Shown here in pieces: positions 1 to 8,046 of a stretch of DNA of 64,000 nucleotides (positions are counted from its first letter, which is position 1; every line of letters begins with the position of its first letter). Source of the DNA: an uncultured Acidobacteriota bacterium (GTDB taxonomy: Bacteria > Acidobacteriota > Thermoanaerobaculia > UBA5066); NCBI GenBank assembly GCA_963721385.1, contig CAVRJB010000005.1, positions 106,208-170,207 on the forward strand. Reading direction: 5' to 3'. Made by a program: the position numbers and the translations under genes. The notes beneath the pieces are model-generated. The model ran no database searches. It was not told the DNA's origin and saw only the letters and a list, made by a program, of their open reading frames with translations.

Positions 1-1
1 G

Positions 2-486
2 CCGAGGCTCCTCGTGACCTCCCCGACGGCTGCCGCCGGGACGTACTCCGTCGGCCTCGCCTCCTTCGGCCAGGCGCTCGGCGCCGCTGGCGTCAGCGGC
101 ACCGTCGTCGCGGCGAATCCTTCCGATCCGGGCGGCTCCACCTCGACCGACGGCTGCTCGGCGCTGTCGATCTCCTCGGCGGTCGCGGGAAAAATCGCCC
201 TCATCAACCGCGGGAGCTGCAATTTCACCGTGAAGGTGAAGAATGCGCAGAACGCGGGCGCGATTGCCGTCGTCATCGCCGACTACGATTCGACGCTGCC
301 GCCGAACGGGATGTCCGGGACCGACGCCACGATCGTGATCCCTGCCGTCCGCGTCGGACAGAACGACGGGACGAAGCTCCGCGCGAACCTCCCCGCGACG
401 GCCTCGCTCGGTCTCGACGCGACGCGATTCGCCGGGACCGATCCGCAGGGGCGGCTGCTTCTCTACACTCCGTCCCCGTACTCGCG
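2..486 (+). CDS. PA (protease-associated) domain protein, 5'-truncated by the window; N-terminal part of a frameshifted gene that continues in 487..2061
   Basis: PA motif GKIALINRGSCNFTVKVKNAQNAGAIAVVIAD. Frame is open from base 2. After LLLYTPSPYS the plausible protein sequence continues in another frame. Confidence 0.8.
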
Positions 487-2061
487 GGCTCGTCGGTCTC
501 GCACTTCTCGACCTCGGCGTCCCCCGACTTGCTGATGGAGCCGTTCGTCAGCTCCACCCAACCGGTGAACGTCGATGCCACGCTCCCGACACTGAAGGAT
601 CTCGGCTGGTTCGGCCCGAACGGCGGCGGGACGGGTGGCTCCTCGTCGACGGTTCTCCTGCCGTCAGTCGCCCATTCGCCCGGAAACAACGGAGCCGTCT
701 ACACCTCCGACGTTTTCGTCTCGAACCGCGGCACGGCCGACGCCACGTTCACGATGAAGTTCTTGGGTCACGACGTCGACGGGACGGCGGGCGTCGAGCA
801 GACGTTTTCTCTCCCGGCGGGCCAGACCCGCGTCTTCCGCGACGTCCTCACCTCCGTCTTCGGGGAGACAGAGAATTACGGCCCCCTCCGGTTCGTCTCG
901 AACGTCGGGACGCTCGCGATCTCGAGCGTCACCTCCACGCCGGCGCTCACCGGCCCCGGCGCCTTCGGTCAGAGCGTTCCGGCGATGACCTCCCTGGAGC
1001 TTGTCGCGGCCGGCACGTCTGCGAGGATCGCGGGCATTCGCGAGGACGGGAACTACCGGACAAACCTGGTCCTCGCGAATGCGACGTCGGCGGAACTCGA
1101 AGTCGACGCGACGCTCTTCGCGGACGACGGCCGCAGCCTGGGGACGAAGAACGTCACGCTCCCGCCGCTCGGGATGACGCAGGTCGGCCGCATCGCGGAG
1201 GAGATCACCGGCACGAGGTCGGTCGCGAACGCGACGCTCGTCCTCTCGACACCTACCCCGTCAGGGTCCTTCGCGGCTTTTGCCTCGCTGATCAGCAACG
1301 GGACGAACGACCCGGCAACCCTGCTTCCCCAATCGGGAATGGGCGAAGCGCCGACCGGCCTGTGGATCGTTCCCGCAGCGGCCCGTTCAAAGGGCGTCGG
1401 CAATTCGTACTTCACGACAGACCTCTTCGTAGCCAACCGGGACAGCCAGGCGGCTCAGTACACCGTTCAGTACATGGCCTCGGGGACGCCCGACGGCAAC
1501 TTGGGCCCTTCAAAACGCTTTGACCTCGGGCCGGGAGAGGCCGACACGGTCCGGGACGTCCTGGGAAGCGTCTTCGGGCTCTCGTCGGATCTCGATTCCG
1601 GCGCCCTCTCGATTTCGAGTCTTTCTCCCAATCTGGTCGTCGACAGCGTCACGACGACTCCGAACCCGGTGGGGACCGGGAGCTTCGGCCAGAGTGTTCC
1701 GGGTGTCTGGATGCTCCGCTGGATCCCGAACGGAGTGAAAGCCACGATCGTGGGGGTCCGGGAAGACGCCACGGCGCGTACGAACCTCGTCCTCGCGAAC
1801 GCTCACGCGTCCCTGACGATCGAAATCGAGATCGCTCTCTATGCCGACGACGGATCGCAGCTCGGCGCGACGCGCCATGAGTTCCTGCCGCCGCGCGGAA
1901 TGAAGCAGATCAACAGGATCGTGGAGTCGATCACCGGAGCGCGAAACACATCCAACGCAACACTGGTCGTTTCGACGCCGACTCTCGGCGGGTTCTTCGT
2001 GACCTTCGCCTCGCTGGTCGACAACGAGACGAACGACCCGGCGACGCTCTTCCCGCAGTAG
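487..2061 (+). CDS. C-terminal part of a PA-domain surface protein with two tandem beta-rich repeat modules
   Basis: Frame starting at 487 reads GSSVSHFSTSASPDLLMEPF, then two homologous ~230-aa modules ending NDPATLLPQ and NDPATLFPQ. Confidence 0.75.
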   Translation, partial: GSSVSHFSTSASPDLLMEPFVSSTQPVNVDATLPTLKDLGWFGPNGGGTGGSSSTVLLPSVAHSPGNNGAVYTSDVFVSNRGTADATFTMKFLGHDVDGTAGVEQTFSLPAGQTRVFRDVLTSVFGETENYGPLRFVSNVGTLAISSVTSTPALTGPGAFGQSVPAMTSLELVAAGTSARIAGIREDGNYRTNLVLANATSAELEVDATLFADDGRSLGTKNVTLPPLGMTQVGRIAEEITGTRSVANATLVLSTPTPSGSFAAFASLISNGTNDPATLLPQSGMGEAPTGLWIVPAAARSKGVGNSYFTTDLFVANRDSQAAQYTVQYMASGTPDGNLGPSKRFDLGPGEADTVRDVLGSVFGLSSDLDSGALSISSLSPNLVVDSVTTTPNPVGTGSFGQSVPGVWMLRWIPNGVKATIVGVREDATARTNLVLANAHASLTIEIEIALYADDGSQLGATRHEFLPPRGMKQINRIVESITGARNTSNATLVVSTPTLGGFFVTFASLVDNETNDPATLFPQ

Positions 2062-2064
2062 GCG

Positions 2065-2448
2065 TCAGGGAACGCGGGCGATCAGGTCGATTTCCACCTG
2101 CGCCCCGGCCGGCAGCCGCGAGACCTGGACGGTCGAGCGCGCCGGCCGGTGGGCGCCGAAGCGCGCCGCGAAGACCTCGTTCATCCTCGCGAAGTCGCCG
2201 AGGTCCGTCAGGAAGACGGTCGTCTTGACGACGTCGGGAAAGCCGCAGCCGGCCCCCTTCAGGATCGCCTCGAGGTTGTCGAAGACGCGCGCCGTCTGGA
2301 CGGCGATGTCCCCCTCCACGAGCTTCATCGTCGTCGGGTCGAGCGGGACCTGCCCGGCGGTGTAGAGGAAGCCCCCGGCGACGATCCCCTGCGCATAGGG
2401 GCCGATGGCTTTCGGCGCGTTCTCCACGGCAATCGTCTTCAGGCTCAT
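2065..2448 (-). CDS. ridA: RidA/YjgF family enamine/imine deaminase
   Basis: APKAIGPYAQG, TAGQVPLDP, VVKTTVFLTD, PARSTVQVSRLP and VEIDLIA motifs. ATG at 2448 overlaps the hpt stop. Confidence 0.9.
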   Translation of the reverse strand: MSLKTIAVENAPKAIGPYAQGIVAGGFLYTAGQVPLDPTTMKLVEGDIAVQTARVFDNLEAILKGAGCGFPDVVKTTVFLTDLGDFARMNEVFAARFGAHRPARSTVQVSRLPAGAQVEIDLIARVP

Positions 2449-2963
2449 GTTTTCGGGTTCCAGACCGCCACATGCGGCAGGTTGCGGTAACGCTCGTTGA
2501 GGTCGAGCCCGTACCCGATGACGAAATCCGGGCCGATCGTGAACCCGAGAAAGTCGGCCTTGAGGTCGGCGTTCTCGGGGAGCTGCTTCTTGAGGAGCGC
2601 GGCGACCTTCAGCGAGCGGGGGCGCCGCGAGGACAGCAGTTCGAGGATCCGCCGCAGCGTCAGCCCCGTGTCGATGACGTCCTCGAAGAGGAGGACGTCC
2701 TGTCCCTCGATGTCCATCGACAGGTCGTGGATGAGCTGGATGTTTCCCGTCGACTGCGTCCCCGTGTAGGAGCGGACCTGGATGAAATCGACCGAAACGG
2801 GGGACTTGAGGCGCTTCAGGACGTCGGTCAGGAAGAAGACAGAACCCTTCAGGACGGCGATGGCCCGAATTTCTCGTCCCTCGTAGGCGGCGTCGATCTC
2901 GCGGGCGAGTCCCGAGAGCCGGGAGGCGATCGCCTCCTCCGAAATCAGGATATGATCGATCAC
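2445..2963 (-). CDS. hpt: Hypoxanthine phosphoribosyltransferase
   Basis: VLKGS, PRPP-binding LLFEDVIDTGLTL, FVIGYGLD and YRNLP motifs. Confidence 0.95.
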   Translation of the reverse strand: MIDHILISEEAIASRLSGLAREIDAAYEGREIRAIAVLKGSVFFLTDVLKRLKSPVSVDFIQVRSYTGTQSTGNIQLIHDLSMDIEGQDVLLFEDVIDTGLTLRRILELLSSRRPRSLKVAALLKKQLPENADLKADFLGFTIGPDFVIGYGLDLNERYRNLPHVAVWNPKT

Positions 2964-2981
2964 GGTTCATAATTGTACGCG

Positions 2982-4562
2982 GTGGACGTAGTCCCGAAGG
3001 ACGCCTCGGAAGTGCGGGCGGCGTATCAACGCCTGACGGAGAAGTTCCGCACACTCTGGCTCTTCCACCAGTTCCTGCAGGGGATCCAGGCCGTGCTTCC
3101 TGCCGGCGAGCCGGTCTCGGCCGGTCCTGCGTTCGGACCTCTCTACGAGCAGATCAAGGCCGTGAAGGAGTGGCGCGAGAAGCGGGAGAGCTCCGAGCTG
3201 CTCGCCGAGATCGACCGGCTCCACGTGACACTCGACGGCCTGCACGCGACGCTCCTCCTCGGCGACCGCCGGGTGCCGCCCCACGTCCTTCGGCAGTTCT
3301 TCGAGAAGACCGGGCGCGACGAGGAGAAGGACCTCGTGCCGCTTCTCCGCTTCTACTTCTACGCGAAGCAGCTCTCCCCCGACGACCTCGACAAGATCGA
3401 CTTTCTTCTGACGCGCGTCGGAACCCGGCGTCTCCCGGATGGCGGCCTCGAGCTCCGCCCGGCCGTCGAGCTCGAGACGCTGTCGTCGGCCCTCCTGGCC
3501 CTGACCCGGCGCGAGCCGACGGACCCGGCCGAGGTCCGGTCGGTCGTCAACATTCTCGAAGTGCTCCGGCAGGACATCGAGGCCTGCGCCCGCTTCGAGG
3601 ACCTGATCCGGAAGAAGCCGCTCGAGAACATCCGGACGCTCAAGCGCCGGATGGGGAACGCTTTCTTCAGCCCCGAGGTCCTGAACGCGCTCCTGGCCTC
3701 GAACGTGGCCGCGAAGCGGAAGTTCCTGGCGCTCTACGCGCGGGAGGAAAACCGGATCCTGGAGAAATCCCGCAGCCTCCTCGCGATGGAAAAGGAGCTG
3801 GAGCTCGACCCGCACTTCGCGACCGAGGCGTTCGCCGCGGAGTTCGCGCGATTCAAGCGCGAGAACGAGGAGTTCGAGCGGCAGAGCCGCCGGCGCGGCG
3901 TCCGCGCCCGCGACGTGCGGCGGCTCAAGGAGGCGATCCACCGGATTCTTCTGAAGGTGGAGCCGGGCGCCGCGGCCGACTTCGACGCCACGCTCGACTC
4001 GACCTCTGGCGGCGGCCGGCCCGCGGAGCCTCAGGCGGCCCCGGCGCCGGCCGCGCCGGCGCCGGAGTGGCGGGCCGAGGTGGACCCCCTGACCGAAGCG
4101 GTCGCCGCGACGATCCTCCACGCCGTCGACCTCGCCGGCGACGGCGTCGGTCCCGGACGGGCCTCGACGTCGGGCGCCATGCCGGACCTGAAGCTGGAGC
4201 CGTGGGAGTTCCGTGCCGCGCTCGACGTCGTGCGGCTCGGCCAGGTGCCGGGGCGGGAGGCCGATCCCGTCACGCGCCTCTTCTTCAACGCGGCAGCGCT
4301 CCGGCTCCGGATGGACGAGGAGGCCCGCGAGCTGCGCGGGCACGTCGCGGGGGACGGCACCGTCCTCCCGCCAGGAGTGCTCGACGCGACGGCGGCCTGC
4401 CTCGAACGGTCGCAGGAGATCGACCGGCTCTTCCGGACGGCGCTCCTCGATGCCGAGGAGGAAAACGGCGCGGAGCGCCACCGGCAGCTCACCCGTTCCC
4501 GATTCCGGCACCTCCGGGCGTTCACCGGACTCTGGCTTCTCGAGAACGCCTTTGGGGGATAG
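2982..4562 (+). CDS. Hypothetical helical cytoplasmic protein
   Basis: Long ORF with host-like codon usage and charged helical composition; no recognised motif. GTG at 2982 preferred, TTG at 2973 possible. Confidence 0.75.
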   Translation: MDVVPKDASEVRAAYQRLTEKFRTLWLFHQFLQGIQAVLPAGEPVSAGPAFGPLYEQIKAVKEWREKRESSELLAEIDRLHVTLDGLHATLLLGDRRVPPHVLRQFFEKTGRDEEKDLVPLLRFYFYAKQLSPDDLDKIDFLLTRVGTRRLPDGGLELRPAVELETLSSALLALTRREPTDPAEVRSVVNILEVLRQDIEACARFEDLIRKKPLENIRTLKRRMGNAFFSPEVLNALLASNVAAKRKFLALYAREENRILEKSRSLLAMEKELELDPHFATEAFAAEFARFKRENEEFERQSRRRGVRARDVRRLKEAIHRILLKVEPGAAADFDATLDSTSGGGRPAEPQAAPAPAAPAPEWRAEVDPLTEAVAATILHAVDLAGDGVGPGRASTSGAMPDLKLEPWEFRAALDVVRLGQVPGREADPVTRLFFNAAALRLRMDEEARELRGHVAGDGTVLPPGVLDATAACLERSQEIDRLFRTALLDAEEENGAERHRQLTRSRFRHLRAFTGLWLLENAFGG

Positions 4563-4587
4563 GGGAGGGGTGCTTTAATCGCGGCCG

Positions 4588-6183
4588 ATGGCCGACGCCC
4601 CGACTCCCGAGCTGACCGTTCCCGAACAGATCGCCAACCGGCGCGCGGCGCGCGAGCGGATCGCGGCGCTGGGCCGGCCCCTCTACCCGAACCGGTGGGA
4701 CCCGTCGCACCTCGTCTCCGACGTCGTGGCGCGCTGGGGGTCGACGGACGCGGCGGCGATCGAGGCCGAGCCGGAGGAGACCCGGACCGTCCGAGTTCCG
4801 GGCCGCGTCCTCGCGATCCGGAAGATGGGGAAGGCGGTCTTCCTCGACCTCTCCGACGGCGCGGCGCGCGTGCAGGTCTACCTGAAGAAAGACGCCCTGC
4901 CGGAGGCCGACTGGGCCCTCTACGGTGAGCTCGACCTCGGCGACCACGTCGGCGTGGCCGGCGCCGTCTTCCGGACCCGGACCGGAGAGCTCTCCGTGAA
5001 GGCCGCCCGCCTCGACTTCCTCGCCAAGTCGCTCCGCCCGCTCCCGGACAAGTGGCACGGCCTGACCGACGTCGAGCGGCGTTACCGTCAGCGGTACGTC
5101 GACCTCATCGTGTCTCCGGAGACGCGGAGGGTCTTCGAGGTCCGCGCGAAGCTCGTCTCCTTCATCCGGCGCTTCTTCGACGCCCGCGGCTTCGTCGAGG
5201 TCGAGACGCCGATGATGCAGCCGCTCGCGGGGGGCGCCGCGGCCCGGCCGTTCACGACGCACCACAATGCCCTGGACCTCGACCTCTACCTGAGGATCGC
5301 TCCCGAGCTCTACCTGAAGCGCCTCGTCGTCGGCGGCTTCCCGAAGGTCTACGAGATCAACCGCAACTTCCGGAACGAGGGGATCTCCACGCAGCACAAC
5401 CCCGAGTTCACGATGCTGGAGTTCTACACGGCCTACGCCGACGCCCGGGACCAGATGGCGCTCACCGAGGAGCTCTTCGCGGGCGCGGCGACGGAGATTC
5501 TCGGCACGACCGAGCTCGTCTGGGGCGACGCCACGATCTCTCTGAAGGCGCCCTTCCGGCGCGTCAGCATGGTCGACGCGATCCTGGAGAGTGTTTCTGC
5601 TTCGGAAGAAGCGAAAGAGAAGAAGAGAGAGGAGATTTCTTCGAGTGGTCCCACTCAGGCGGGCGGCCGCACGTCTGTCACGAGGGAAGCCCTCGGCGAT
5701 CTTCACCTTCTAAGAAAAATCGCCGGTGACGTTGGTGTGGAATCTGTCGAGAGGTTCGGCGAGTCCAAGGGGAAATTACTTGCGGAAATCTTCGGGGCCG
5801 TCGCGGAGCGACGGCTCGTGCAGCCGACGTTCGTCGTCGACTACCCGGCGGAGATCTCGCCGCTCTCGAAAACGAAGCCGGACGACCCCTCGACGGCCGA
5901 CCGCTTCGAGCTCTTCGTCGGGCGGATGGAGGTCGCGAACGGCTTCTGCGAGCTGAACGACCCCGACGAGCAGGCCGAGAAGTTCCGGGCCCAGGTGGCC
6001 GCGAGGACGAAGGGCGACGACGAGGCGATGCTCTACGACGAGGACTACGTCGAGGCTCTGTCGTATGGAATGCCCCCGACGGCGGGGGAGGGCGTCGGCA
6101 TCGACCGCCTCGCCATGCTCTTCACGAACAGCCCGTCCATCCGGGACGTCATCCTCTTCCCGCTGATGCGGCCGAAAGCGTGA
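4588..6183 (+). CDS. lysS: Lysine--tRNA ligase (class II)
   Basis: RYRQRYVDL, LRIAPELYLKRL, FRNEGISTQHNPEFTMLE and GMPPTAGEGVGIDRL motifs. Confidence 0.98.
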   Translation: MADAPTPELTVPEQIANRRAARERIAALGRPLYPNRWDPSHLVSDVVARWGSTDAAAIEAEPEETRTVRVPGRVLAIRKMGKAVFLDLSDGAARVQVYLKKDALPEADWALYGELDLGDHVGVAGAVFRTRTGELSVKAARLDFLAKSLRPLPDKWHGLTDVERRYRQRYVDLIVSPETRRVFEVRAKLVSFIRRFFDARGFVEVETPMMQPLAGGAAARPFTTHHNALDLDLYLRIAPELYLKRLVVGGFPKVYEINRNFRNEGISTQHNPEFTMLEFYTAYADARDQMALTEELFAGAATEILGTTELVWGDATISLKAPFRRVSMVDAILESVSASEEAKEKKREEISSSGPTQAGGRTSVTREALGDLHLLRKIAGDVGVESVERFGESKGKLLAEIFGAVAERRLVQPTFVVDYPAEISPLSKTKPDDPSTADRFELFVGRMEVANGFCELNDPDEQAEKFRAQVAARTKGDDEAMLYDEDYVEALSYGMPPTAGEGVGIDRLAMLFTNSPSIRDVILFPLMRPKA

Positions 6184-7322
6184 CCGCGCTCTTCCTCGCC
6201 CGCCGGTACCTCCGGGCCTCACGGAAGGAGGCGCAGGTGGGGGTCGTCGCGCTCGCGGCCTTCGTCGGCCTGGCGCTCGGTGTCGCGGCTCTCGTCGTCT
6301 CGCTCGCGCTCCTCGCCGGCTTCCAGACGCACATCCGTCACCGGCTCCTCGCCGAGACGCCCCATCTGACGGTCCTCCCGAAGGGACGCGACGCGTTCGA
6401 GGCGAGGGAAGGGTTCGAGGCGAAGATCCGCGGCGTGCCGGGCGTGGCGGCCGTCTTCCCGGTCGCCCGCGGGCGCGTCTGGATCTCGATCGCCGGGAAG
6501 ACGGCACCCGCCGAAGCCGTCGGGCGTGCGGGAGTGAAGGGGCTCGTCCTCGACCTGAACCAGGCGCGGCCGCTCGGGGCGCTCACCGGCGACGCCGTCA
6601 CGATCGTCTCTTCGCGGACGCGCCTTTCGCCCCTCGGGCCGGTCCCGATCGTCGTCTCGGGGACGGTGACGGATCTGGCCTCGCCTTCGTCGGCCCGCCG
6701 CGCCTCCGAAGCGGTCCTTCCTCTCGACGACGCGCGCCGGCTCTTCGCCCTGCCGGAGGGCGGGGCGACCGGCTACGAAGTCTTCCTCGCGGACCCGTCC
6801 TCGGCGCCTGCGCGGGCGGTCGCCGTCGCCGCGGCCCTCTCTGGCAACGTCTCCGTGACGACGTGGGAAGAGGCGAACCGGTCCCTCGTCATGGCGCTGA
6901 GGCTCGAACGGACCGTCCTCTTCGCGACCGTCTTCCTGATCGTGATCGTGGCCGGCCTGAACCTCGCGGCGACGTCAGCCGTCCTCGCTGCGACACGGGC
7001 CGGGGATGCGGCCGTCCTCTCGGTCCTCGGCGCATCACCGCGCGCGGTGGCGACCGTCTTCCTCGCGGCCGGCGCGGCGGTCGGCGTCGCCGGGACGGCG
7101 TTCGGCGCCCTCCTCGGGGCGGCGGGAGCGCTCGTTCTCGAGCGGACGCGGGCCATCCCGCTTCCCGCGCACCTCTACTCACTCACCCACGTGCCGTTCC
7201 GCGTCGACGCGCTCGAGCTCTTCGCGGTCGTCGGGCTCTCGGTCCTCTGGTCGCTCGTCGCGGCGTCGATCCCGGCGCGCACGGCGGCGCGGAGGAACGT
7301 GGCAGAGGCGCTGCGTGGCTGA
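6180..7322 (+). CDS. LolC/LolE-like (FtsX family) lipoprotein-releasing ABC permease
   Basis: FLARRYL N-terminus, TM segments, TWEEANRSL and C-terminal IPARTAA..VAEALR. Lies between lysS and lolD. Confidence 0.85.
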   Translation: MTALFLARRYLRASRKEAQVGVVALAAFVGLALGVAALVVSLALLAGFQTHIRHRLLAETPHLTVLPKGRDAFEAREGFEAKIRGVPGVAAVFPVARGRVWISIAGKTAPAEAVGRAGVKGLVLDLNQARPLGALTGDAVTIVSSRTRLSPLGPVPIVVSGTVTDLASPSSARRASEAVLPLDDARRLFALPEGGATGYEVFLADPSSAPARAVAVAAALSGNVSVTTWEEANRSLVMALRLERTVLFATVFLIVIVAGLNLAATSAVLAATRAGDAAVLSVLGASPRAVATVFLAAGAAVGVAGTAFGALLGAAGALVLERTRAIPLPAHLYSLTHVPFRVDALELFAVVGLSVLWSLVAASIPARTAARRNVAEALRG

Positions 7323-8043
7323 CCCCGGGGGTTTCTCGATCCCCCGGGAGCCCCCGCCGGGGAGTTCGCCTCCTCTCCTCGTGGCCGAGGGACTGGCGAA
7401 GGGCTTCGGGACGGGGGAGGCGCGCGTCGAGATCTTTCGCGACGTTTCCCTTTCGGTCGCCCCGGGGGATGTCCTCGCCATCATGGGTCCGTCCGGATGC
7501 GGGAAGTCGACGCTCCTCCACCTCCTCGCCGGGATCGAGGCGCCCGACGCCGGTCGCGTCTGGGTCGGAGGCGAGGCCTGGGACGGGCTGGCGCCCGAGC
7601 GGCGCGCGGCCCTCCGCGGAGAGGCAGTCGGCTTCGTCTTCCAGCTCCACCACCTCCTCCCCGAGCTGACGGCGGAGGAGAACGTCGCGCTGCCGCTCTT
7701 TCTCGCCGGAGTCGTCGAGGCCGAGGGCCGAAAGAGCGCCCGGGAGGTGCTCGAGCGGGTCGGCCTCCTCTCCCGGGCCGGGGCGTTCCCGAGGACCCTG
7801 TCGGGGGGAGAGAGGCAGCGGGTCGCGATCGCCCGGGCCGTGGTCCGCCGCCCCCGGATTCTGCTCTGTGACGAGCCGACCGGGAGCCTCGACGCGGCCC
7901 ACGCGACCTCGGTTTTCGGGCTCCTCCTGGAGGTGGCGAAGGAACGCGCGGGAGCCGCGGTCCTCGTCACTCACGACCCCGATTGGGCGCAGCGCTGTGC
8001 TACGATGAAAATGTTGACGCCGAAGGGTTTGACAGGCGTTTAG
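7315..8043 (+). CDS. lolD: LolD-like ABC transporter ATP-binding protein
   Basis: Walker A GPSGCGKST, GFVFQLHHLLPELTAEENV, LSGGERQRVAIAR and CDEPTGSLD. GTG at 7315 overlaps the permease end. Confidence 0.85.
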   Translation: MADPGGFSIPREPPPGSSPPLLVAEGLAKGFGTGEARVEIFRDVSLSVAPGDVLAIMGPSGCGKSTLLHLLAGIEAPDAGRVWVGGEAWDGLAPERRAALRGEAVGFVFQLHHLLPELTAEENVALPLFLAGVVEAEGRKSAREVLERVGLLSRAGAFPRTLSGGERQRVAIARAVVRRPRILLCDEPTGSLDAAHATSVFGLLLEVAKERAGAAVLVTHDPDWAQRCATMKMLTPKGLTGV

Positions 8044-8046
8044 GCC

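Noticed and set aside
5581-5790. lysS patch as an intein or intron
   Set aside because: It is too short, stays in frame, and has no C-terminal His-Asn splice motif or intron features. It is kept only as a compositional anomaly.
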